A DNA stretch of 64,000 nucleotides, taken from assembly GCF_006345805.1 (NCBI RefSeq), contig NC_043000.1:24614001-24678000 (forward strand), given 5' to 3'. Positions 53,767 to 64,000 of this stretch are shown here, piece by piece. Below the pieces are notes generated by a model that was not told the origin of the DNA, ran no database searches, and saw only the letters and a program-made list of their open reading frames with translations. Numbering within the stretch: the first letter of the stretch is position 1; the number at the start of each line of letters is the position of its first letter. The stretch is from Octopus sinensis (lineage: Eukaryota). Both the position numbers and the translations under genes were made by a program.

Positions 53767-55033
53767 TGTACACACACATACCTACATATACATATATATA
53801 TACATACGTGTGTGTTTGTGTGCCTTTGTCTTGATATTATGTGATGGTTGTAAGTGAGCATCACTGTTATGCAAGCAGTGTTATTTGTTTCCACTCATCA
53901 GTGAAACACATGCCTGACCATGGAGAAATATTACTTTGCTAGGAAACAGGGGAGAACTAGTGACCAGAAGGGCATCTATCTGTAGAAAATCTGCCTCAAC
54001 AAAATTCTGTCTGACCCATGAGAGCATGGTAAAGTGGAAGTGATAACAATGATGATGATGATAATGATAACACACACATACCTATTTCTTTACTACCCAC
54101 AAGGGGCTAAACTCAGAGGTGACAAACAAGGACAGACAAATGGATTAAGTCGATTACATCGACCCCAGTGTGTAACTGTTACTTAATTTATCAACCCCGA
54201 AAGGATGAAAGGCAAAGTCGACTTCGGCGGAATTTGAACTCAGAACGTAACAGCAGACGAAATACGGCTACGCATTTCGCCCGGCATGCTAACGTTTCTG
54301 CCAGCTCGCCACCAAACACATACCATGACTATAAAACAACAATTGCCTCACCATGAGAGAGAAAGAGATAAATGGTACCTATTAGCTCTGGTGCTAACAT
54401 ACAGAATTCAAAATGTCAGCTACACTCTATAATCTTGTACGTAACCAATGATTGTTTATCTAAACAATACTGATACAACATAATAAATTTACTGCAAAAC
54501 ATCAAAGGGAAACTGAAGAATTTGAAGAAAACAGCAATGCTGTGCATCAGCAAACAGTGAGAATTACACAGAACATTAATATATATAAACAGGCCTGCAT
54601 GTACACCGAAAGAGATACATACACATGTACACCCTCATTTTTATGACTGTATCAGAGAAAGAAAGGTTACTGACCTCAACATTTTTATGGAAGAAGGCAG
54701 AGAGGAGGTTAGTGTATGACCAGGGGTTTGATCCAAATACTTGCAATGGAGTGGGTCCCTCTAAAGGTACATAAAGAACCAGGTGCTATAAAATAATTTC
54801 TACCTGCTAATTTGACTCTCAAACAGGATACAAGACACTTCATTATCATCATCATCGTCTAGTGTTTTAAGTCCAGGTTTTGTCCCCGTTAACAGGGGTG
54901 GCCAGCTCTACCTCAATGCCATAGGAACCGAGGTAGGCAGGTGCAGCCCACCCCAACCTTTGGGCTAGCTGGTGCCCATTCTCTCTTGCTATCATGAGGC
55001 TTTTTTGGAGCCTATATATATATATATATACAT

Positions 55034-55082
<49 letters not shown>

Positions 55083-55547
55083 CATGTATTTAATTTGTAT
55101 TTCTATATTTTGGGGTGAAGACGCCCTTCTTCAGGACATTTGAAAAAAGCAGTAGTTGAAAACAGTCACTGTGTAGATGCATACATATATATATATATAT
55201 ATACATATATGTATAAAATATATAGGCAAATATACACCCCTATATATTACAATATCATCATTCCTTAACGTACATTTTTCAACACTTGCATGGGTGAGAC
55301 AGTGTTTATTGAGGTAGATATTCTATGGTTGGATGCCCTTCCTGTTACCAATCCTCACCTGTTTCCAAGTAAAATAATATTTCCCCATGTTTAGACATGT
55401 TCTCACAGATATTGGGAATGAATGAGAAAGGTTGTATGACAGTGACATGCAATGTCAAGACAGGTAATCACAAACACTGGACTTCTATCAGCTTCCATCA
55501 TTCAAATCCACTCACACCTATATATATATACATACATATGTACATAC

Positions 55548-55590
<43 letters not shown>

Positions 55591-55594
<4 letters not shown>

Positions 55595-55812
55595 GGCCCA
55601 AAAGTAGGTTCACAGTTATTCAACTATCATTTTCGCATTAATAGTATATATCTTAAGTATAAAAAAATATGAAACCATTATTCTATGCTAATTTAGTTAA
55701 TTTTGTCAAGCTCCCTTTCAATTTGTAAGATAGAAATTTAAATGTAATGAAATGTTTAAAAAAAAATTTGAAGTGCCTGTGTGATAACTGTAAATCTATT
55801 TTTGGGCCACCC
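55591..55812. mobile_element. Tc1/mariner-type MITE
   Basis: TA-GGGTGGCCCAAAAGTAGGTTCACAGTTAT ... ATAACTGTAAATCTATTTTTGGGCCACCC-TA, embedded in (TA)n. Confidence 0.85.
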
Positions 55813-55847
55813 TATATATGTATATATAAATATATATATATATACAT

Positions 55848-56078
55848 ATAAGAGGGGATGACTACTAAGTGGACATCCATTATGCTAGAGGTAGACCCCA
55901 TATGGTCTAACCACTAAGAAAAGATTGTTCTGGCACCGTCCACCTTAATAGACCGACACCCCAAGATCCCCTTCATCCAGTTAGGTCTGCACGGGCATTG
56001 GGACCAGGTCTTGGGGAGGCGGGGGGGGGGTCTACTTCTAGCATAATGGATGTCCACTTAGTGGTCATCCCAGCTTAT
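55848..56078. mobile_element. MITE with 52-bp TIRs
   Basis: 55848-55899 versus 56027-56078 match as inverted repeats at 48/52 positions. Confidence 0.85.
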
Positions 56079-56915
56079 ATGTATGTAGTATAATTTTTCT
56101 GAATCTTTAGATTTTTTAATATGCTAGGCCACTGGTTTTAAATTGATATTAATCAAATTAATATTCAATTTTTCACCTTTATTATTTAAATTTATATATA
56201 TATATATATATTGTAGTCTTTTGAAGAAGTATGGGGAAAAAACAACAAATTTATTAGTTCTTACACACACGCACACACACACATAAAATAGTGTTGTTCT
56301 TTGGAACTGAACTAAGAGTCATGTAGTTGCAAAGCAAATTTCTTAATCATACAGCTAATGTCCAGCCCTAATAAGTCATCCACAACATATCCTACACCAA
56401 TCTCACAATAGGCGACATCTTCTGCAAGACAGTCAAACCATATTCCCCTTAACTATAACAATATACTACTAAATGCCTGGTCCAATATAAAATCAATGCG
56501 TTCTTTGTATCAGCTCTGTTTGAGCAGAGTTGATGCCACGGACGAGACTCAGTAACAATATAACAATATGTCATTATCACACAGAGTGTGTTATAACATC
56601 TTCCTGAGTCACATAGACTTATAGACACAGCTTCCTGGATTCTCTGGTGGAGAAACTCACCCCTGGATGGGACGCCAGTCAGTCAGAGGTTTGCTCATTT
56701 TTGCCAGCTGAGTGAACAGAAACAACGTGAAATGAAGTGTTTTGCTCAAGAACACAACACATCGCTCAGTCTAGGATTCGAAAACACAAACTTATGACGA
56801 ATCCAATACACTAACCAGTAAGCCATGTGCCTCCACAGAGTGTATATAACAAACTATACATAATTATATTATTATATATTCATCACTATAATATCTCCTT
56901 TACTGATTAAAACAT

Positions 56916-57331
56916 GGATCTTTTTGGTTTGAACAGCAGTTTTTTCTAGCGGTGTCATATGAAATTGTCACCCATAATTAAGACCCTAGTATCGATCTAT
57001 TGCATTTCAATCTGTTTTAGGGTTAGGGTTAGTTAGGGTTAGGGCTGGGGGGAAGGGTATCTTTTTTTCTTCAGAAATGTAAATAAACCCAATCTGTTTT
57101 TTAAACGAAGGACATATTCATACGGCACAGAATGTTTTCACCTCAATAGACGTCATTGATTGGTTGAAATTGCAGAAATTGAAGAAAATATCTTACAAAT
57201 TATAGAATTTTCTCAATAAAGCCAAGAGAAAAAGATGTTTTATAAACACATTCTACCAGTATACGAAGTTTAAAAGTGTTTAGTTATGTGGAAATTATTT
57301 TAAAAAACTGCCGGTCAAACCGAAAAGATCC
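56916..57331. mobile_element. MITE with ~30-bp TIRs, 8-bp TSD and internal TTAGGG repeats
   Basis: GGATCTTTTTGGTTTGAACAGCAG / CTGCCGGTCAAACCGAAAAGATCC; TAAAACAT at 56908-56915 and 57332-57339. Confidence 0.85.
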
Positions 57332-58492
57332 TAAAACATTATATGTTTGGGGGGGTTTGAAGTTATCTTCTATATTTGGAGGTTTTGTATTCTTAAAAAA
57401 AAAAGGCAAAAGTAAAGCAATATATATAATCAGTATTCATTCCCCCCACCGAACAATTTTTCCCTTTCTTCATTGAGTTTGTAAGACAAGCTAATGTTGG
57501 ATCAAGGGAAATAACTCTTACAACGATTTTTTTTTCTTTTTATGCAAATAAATTCATAAGCTGTCAGCTCTTTGTTTTAAAAATTCAAATAACAGCTTTT
57601 AGAAATTGATTTATTCTCCATTAGGTCAATGATTTCATCAACCATATCAATAAACAGCAAACGTGTATGATGTGTTTCACTCTAATGTAACTGACTCACA
57701 TTCTACCAATATATCTGTACTAACATGTACTACATTCAGTCTATGAACAACTTATTATTTTCCATCACATTTAGCTCCTTCTACTGTAGAAATATAAAAC
57801 GTAGCTTGATTGGGTTTTTATAATGATAACTACAAGGTTAAAAGGCTGCCATTTCATACATAAATTTCATATATATTTCTCACTCTTTTTTCGTTCATGA
57901 TATCAAATTATTTTTTAATAGAGATCTTTCACTTTGCTTAACATCATTGATTTCTTAGGAAAGGTGCAAGGCCACAAATCAATAAATGGAAGAAAATGAA
58001 GCTGTGTGACATTGATGACTTCCTTAGACACCGAAGTGACATAACAGATACGATGTGTCTGTAAATGAAAGAACAGCAAAAGGTTTTGGCAGTTTTTTCT
58101 TTTCCATTTTTTTGACCTCAGCACATTTAAATTATAAATTCTTCTTATGATAAATAAATACCCTACCATACATACAGAATTATTCCAATATACAAGAGAA
58201 AGAGGATTCTAAGAGGAAGAAAACATTTAGATAAATATAATAGTCTAATATTAAAATATCTAGAATCAGATACACGCATTACCATGATGTTTTGCTATTT
58301 CTATACAGATCTTTAATAAAAGACATTTTAAAATAGAATGGTTTGGAAACAATTCAGATGATTGTATAAATATACTGTATTTAATGTGTGATGTCACATA
58401 GACTACTAATTAATATTTACTGTGTACACATACACACACAATCAGAATTGTATACATGTGTTACAAATATATATGCAATTTATAATATACAT

Positions 58493-58542
<50 letters not shown>

Positions 58543-59434
58543 TCATCGTTTAACGTCCGTTTTCCGCGCTAGTACGGGTTGGACGGTTCGACCGGGGTCT
58601 GGGAAGCCAGGGGCTGCACCAGGCTCCAGTCTGATCTGGCAGAGTTTCTACAGCTTGATGCCCTTCCTAACGCCAACCACTCCGCGAGTGTAGTGGGTGC
58701 TTTTTACGTGCCACCTGCACAGGTGCCAGGGGGGTCCGGCATCGGCCACGATCGGTTGGAGCTTTTAACGTGCCACTGGCATATATATATATACATATAT
58801 AAATGTATATATGGAGAGTCCCTTCGGTCATGAATGACCATTGGATTGCATCTGGAAAGTTACCCTCTGAGGCACAAGTCCGGGCAAGATTTTTTGTGGA
58901 AGGCCAGCAGTCACCCATGCATACCAGCCTCCCCACTACACACCACTGATGTTATCCAAGGGAAAGGCAAAGGGGCTGATACGGCTGGGCACTGTGAAGT
59001 TGCAACGCATTTCTACAGCTGAGTGAACTGGAGCAATGTGAAATAAAGTGTCTTACTCAAGAACACAACACGCAGCCCGGCCCGGGAATCAAACTCACAA
59101 CCTCATGATCGTAAGCTCGACGCTCTAACTACTGAACCATGCGCCTTCATATATATTACACATACAAAAAATATATATATGATTTCATATACAAAATATA
59201 CAAACTGGCATTGTGTCTTTGTGCAGTAGGTTCCATTGTCTGTTTTGGCATGGTTTCTTCAGCTGGATGCCCATCCTAATGCCAACCACTTTACAGAGTG
59301 TACTGGGTGCTTTTTATGTGGTACCAGCACCAACAGTGTCACTAAGTACCTTGCAAGATAAACATCCCACAAATGGGAGGTGGGGAGTAGTACTGAGAGG
59401 AAACACACACATACATACATACATATACACACAC

Positions 59435-59473
<39 letters not shown>

Positions 59474-60012
59474 TTTTCATACATATTTACAAATATATAT
59501 ACATTTTCAAACACATTTACACACACACTTACATATATATAATATGTATGTATACTGTTTATTGTTTTACTTGTTTCAGTCATTTGACTTTGGTCATGCT
59601 GGAGCACCACCTTTAGTAGAGCAAATCAACCCTGGGACTTATTCTTCGTAAGCCTAGTACTTATTTTGTCGGTCCCTTTCGCCAAACCACTAAGTTACGG
59701 GGACGTAAACACTCCAGCTTCAGTTGTCAAGCAATGGTGGGGAGACAAACACAGACACACAAACATATGAGTGTCTTTGTGTTTGCACTTCTCTCCAATC
59801 ACTGCTTCAATACACACACACACATATATATAAATATGTACGACGGTCTTCTTTCAGTTTCCATCTAACAAATCCACTCACAAGGCTTTGGTGGGCCTGA
59901 GGCTACAGTAGGAGACACTTGCCCAAGGTGACATGCAGAGGGACTGAACCCGGAACTATGTGGTTGGTAAGCAAGGTACTTAACACACAGCCACTCCTGC
60001 TATAAGTATACA

Positions 60013-60072
<60 letters not shown>

Positions 60073-60122
60073 CATAAATATATATATATAATGGAATCAT
60101 TACTATGAAGCATTGTGTAGAA

Positions 60123-60416
60123 TATATAGTATAAAAGATCGTGGGTAAGGCTAAAACAGTGTGAAGTAAATGCAAGGTAAATCACAATGAAACAAACATG
60201 TGAATTAATGTACACTTACCTTGTATTCAATATTTTGGGGGTTATGAACCATATCCAAGAATGGCAACATTCATCAATTTCTTGAAAATGGTGTCATAAC
60301 CCCAAAATATTGAATACAAGGTAAGTCTACATTCATTCCATATTTGTTTTCTTGTGATTTACCTTGCATTTACTTTGCATTGTTTTGGCCTTACTCATGA
60401 TCTTTTATACTATATA
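60123..60416. repeat. Near-palindromic foldback element (~125-bp arms)
   Basis: 60123-60247 is the reverse complement of 60294-60416 at roughly 88% by eye. Confidence 0.9.
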
Positions 60417-60491
<75 letters not shown>

Positions 60492-60725
60492 CACACATAC
60501 ATATGCATATATACATATGTATACACCAGAGTAAGCACATAAATGTGAAACAAGGTGGAAAAATAGTAGTCGAATACCAGAGCTAGAGTAATATACTTTT
60601 TAATAAAGTATATATATGCATATCTGTATATATAGGGGAAGAATTCACAAAAAAACAAAAGATGAAGACAGGTGGTGTAGACAGCAAACAGATTTATCAG
60701 TATAACGCTCGGGAAGTGAAAAAGT

Positions 60726-60761
60726 CTTTAATGTTTCGAGCCTACACTCTTCCACAGAAAG
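60726..60761 (-). ncRNA. Minimal hammerhead-like motif, variant core CUGUGGA
   Basis: CTTT-CTGTGGA-A-GAGT-GTAG-GCTC-GAAA-CATT-AAAG. Confidence 0.5.
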
Positions 60762-60836
60762 GAATACAGAAAGAAACAAGGAGAGAAAATTAAGAATGTG
60801 TAGTGGTTAGCGATCTATTATGGCGATATGATGATG

Positions 60837-60885
<49 letters not shown>

Positions 60886-61070
60886 AGATGTACTCGCATA
60901 GCAAGTGATTTGATCTGAGATCATGTGCTGGAACGAAAACAATTGCAGCGTGGAAGGTGTTTGTAAGCCATTTAAGAAACACACAAAAGCCGTTCGATTC
61001 ACTTCAACATTTAAGTTTAATTTGTCAAAATATTTTCATCGCTAAAATCGGCTCAGGAAATTGAAAAAGT

Positions 61071-61106
61071 CCTTTACGTTTTGAGCCTATGCTCTTCTAC
61101 AGAAAG
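61071..61106 (-). ncRNA. Minimal hammerhead-like motif, variant core CUGUAGA, G12 mutated
   Basis: CTTT-CTGTAGA-A-GAGC-ATAG-GCTC-AAAA-CGTA-AAGG. Confidence 0.4.
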
Positions 61107-61211
61107 GGACACAGAAAAAAAACAAAGAGAGAAAAAAAATGTGTGTAGTGGCTACTGATCTATTATATATATGTGTTTGTGTGTGTGTGTATGTATGTAT
61201 ATATATATATG

Positions 61212-61267
<56 letters not shown>

Positions 61268-61939
61268 ATATGTGTGTGCATATATATATATATATATATA
61301 TACATATGTATATTTGTGTGTATATATATATATATCTGTGTGTGTGTGTGTGTATATATATATATACATACACACACACACGCACACATTTGTGTGTATA
61401 TCTATGTGTGGGTGTTGATGTGTTTCTGCAAGACAAACACCATTCAACTGGGAGGTGGAGAATAGCACTGAGGGGATACAAACACACACACATGCACATA
61501 TACATACATGCATACACACACATATACATATATTTTTATACACATTTACAGATATATATACATTTCATATACACACACACACAATATTACACATACACAC
61601 GTATATATACTCATGCACTCACACGATACGCCTGTCAATGGAATATACAACACACAAGCTTGACTAGGTATCTGGGCTAAATATTGAATGCTAAATACCT
61701 GTTGGCTGTGAGTTAAGATGCTCCTTGCATTCAGTACATTGTTCTCACAGCAGTATCTGACTTTCTGCCAAAATAGTGACAACATTAAATGCTGTCTTTG
61801 CAAATGGATTACCAATGCTATATTGAGAATGATAATCAGTTCTATGTGTACAGGAATCACTGCAATAACCTGCAGATTTGAACTGCAGAAGTAACCACTG
61901 ATGTCAGCATCTGTTTTAATAGAACTAAGTAGAAATATT

Positions 61940-62965
61940 CTTTTCTACTCTAAGCACAAGGCTTGAAATTTTTTGGGAGGGGGACAATTATTTAGATTGA
62001 TCCCATTATGCAACGAGTATTTAATTTATTGACCCTGAAAGGATGAAAGGCAGAGTCGACCTTGGTGGAATTTGAACTCAGAATGTAAAGGCAGATGAAA
62101 TACTGCTAAGCATTTCACCTGGTGTGTTAACATTTCTGTCAACTCACCACCTTTAAGATAATCTTTTCTACTCTAGGTACAAAGGCTGAAATTTTTGGAG
62201 AGGAGGCCAGTCGATTAGATCGATCCCAGTACACAACTGGTACTTAATTTATTGACCCCGAAAGGATGAAAGGCAAAGTGAACCTTGGTGGAATTTGAAC
62301 TCAGAATGTAACGGCAGACAAAATACCTATTTCTTTACTACCCACAAGGGGCTAAACACAGAGAGGACAAACAGGACAGACAAACGGATTAAGTCAATTA
62401 TATCGACCCCAATGCGTAACTGGTACTTATTTAATCGACCCCGAAAGGATGAAAAGCAAAGTTGACCTCGGCGGAATTTGAACTCAGAACGTAAAGACAG
62501 ATGAAATACTGCTAAGCATTTCACCTGGTGTGTTAACATTTCTGTCAACTCACCACCTTTAAGATAATCTTTTCTACTCTAGGTACAAAGGCTGAAATTT
62601 TTGGAGAGGGGGCCAGTCGATTAGATCGATCCCAGTACACAACTGGTACTTAATTTATTGACCCCGAAAGGATGAAAGGCAAAGTGAACCTCGGTGGAAT
62701 TTGAACTCAGAATGTAACGGCAGACAAAATACCTATTTCTTTACTACCCACAAGGGGCTAAACACAGAGAGGACAAACAGGACAGACAAACGGATTAAGT
62801 CAATTATATCGACCCCAATGCGTAACTGGTACTTATTTAATCGACCCCGAAAGGATGAAAAGCAAAGTTGACCTCGGCGGAATTTGAACTCAGAACGTAA
62901 AGACAGACGAAATACTGCTAAGCATTTCGCCCGACGTGCTAACGATTCTGCCAGCTTGCCGCCTT
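61940..62965 (-). mobile_element. Five-monomer SINE family C array flanked by a 17-bp direct repeat
   Basis: Five GAATTTGAACTCAG boxes; AACTAAGTAGAAATATT at 61923-61939 and 62966-62982. Confidence 0.85.
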
Positions 62966-63779
62966 AACTAAGTAGAAATATTAAACTGGAACAATAACAA
63001 CGTGGAAACACATTTATTATTGTCACTTCAATACACATCTGGCCAAATTATATGAGACAAGGTTGAAACAGTGTGGTTAAAAACTTCACTCCATAATCAC
63101 ATTGATCTGGGTTTGAGCATAAGATATGTCTTGGGCAAATGTTTTCCACCTTAACCACAGATTGGCCAATGTCTTGACGGAAGAATTCCAGATAGAAACT
63201 GTGTGGATGCCTGTTGTGTGTGTGTGTGTGTGTGTGTGGGTGTGTTCGTAAATGTGTGTATGTGTTTGCATGTGTCTGGTGTCAGTGTCTTCTGCTGTAA
63301 AACAGTGTATTAAATGGCATCTCTTTATATGAAAAGTTAACTTAGCAATTTGACAAACAGATGTAAATACAATATGTACCAAACTAAGATAAATACTAGG
63401 AATAAATATGATTAACCGAAACCTTTGAAACTGATGCCCCAGCATGGCCACAGTCCATGACAGAAACTGGCACAGGAGTAGAAGAACAAGTTTTTCATCA
63501 TTGAATGAAATGATTCAGTTTAACCACAGTCAACGTAATAATGTGTTTAATACTTGCAGAAATCATGATACAACAAATACCAGTTGTAGACAAAAGTTTT
63601 ACTGAATCAGACAAACGTGATTTCAATCTATTTTTACATTTAAATTGTCCTCTACTCTGGAGATGTACTTGCCTGGCAAGTGATTTGATCTGAGACTGTG
63701 CATTGGAGTTAAAACAATTACTGTATGAAAGAGACATAAGCATTCAAAAACACACAATGAGTGCATTTAATTATTTATA

Positions 63780-64000
63780 ATAATGAACTTATTGCATATA
63801 GTATTCAGGTGCACTGCAACTCATCAGGAAAAAGTAGCCAAAAGTGCTTGCACAGTACATAGTGATGCAGAGGAAGTGAACAGTGGCAAAAAAAGGGGTT
63901 ACATTGGGCACACTGTTGGCATGTTTCAGGAAGCATTGAGGATTTGAAGGACGTCGTGTCCTGACAGCCGACTACCAATGGGTGTAGTTGGATCTTTTCA
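63780..64000 (-). mobile_element. CR1-type LINE 3' end, cut by window edge
   Basis: Minus strand reads VVGCQDTTSFKSSMLPETCQQ and has the same 3'UTR as 19040-19625. Confidence 0.75.

Noticed and set aside
55103-55137. Minus-strand CTGAAGA-A-GGG..CCC motif
   Set aside because: GAAA and the cleavage site are not preserved; at most a dead remnant.
57017-57044. Chromosome end or telomere
   Set aside because: Only four full TTAGGG units, and they lie inside a TIR element.

Overview
64 kb of AT-rich eukaryotic genomic DNA, most consistent with an octopus (inferred from recognisable tRNA-derived SINE families, RTE LINEs with the Cys-rich insertion, and very dense TA/CA/GA/AAT microsatellites). I find no confidently supported host protein-coding exon, rRNA, true tRNA or CRISPR array; it looks like a large intron or intergenic tract. 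Nearly all long ORFs in the track are microsatellite, VNTR or SINE artefacts; the protein-like ones are transposon relics: RTE and CR1/L2-type LINE ends, a decayed LINE reverse transcriptase, DD37D (maT-type) and mariner transposase fragments. There are also piggyBac-, Tc1/mariner- and 8-bp-TSD MITEs and non-autonomous Helitrons. The most interesting layer is absent from the ORF track: at least eight short hammerhead-ribozyme-like motifs of the Penelope-like-element type, with palindromic stem III in several variants. One sits inside a 400-bp unit closed by 70-bp inverted repeats, and one four-copy family carries a shared non-canonical core (CUGUNGA). Several long foldback structures could be dsRNA/ADAR substrates if transcribed. 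Coordinates of decayed repeats are approximate (about 10-20 nt); family names are from recalled motifs, not database searches.
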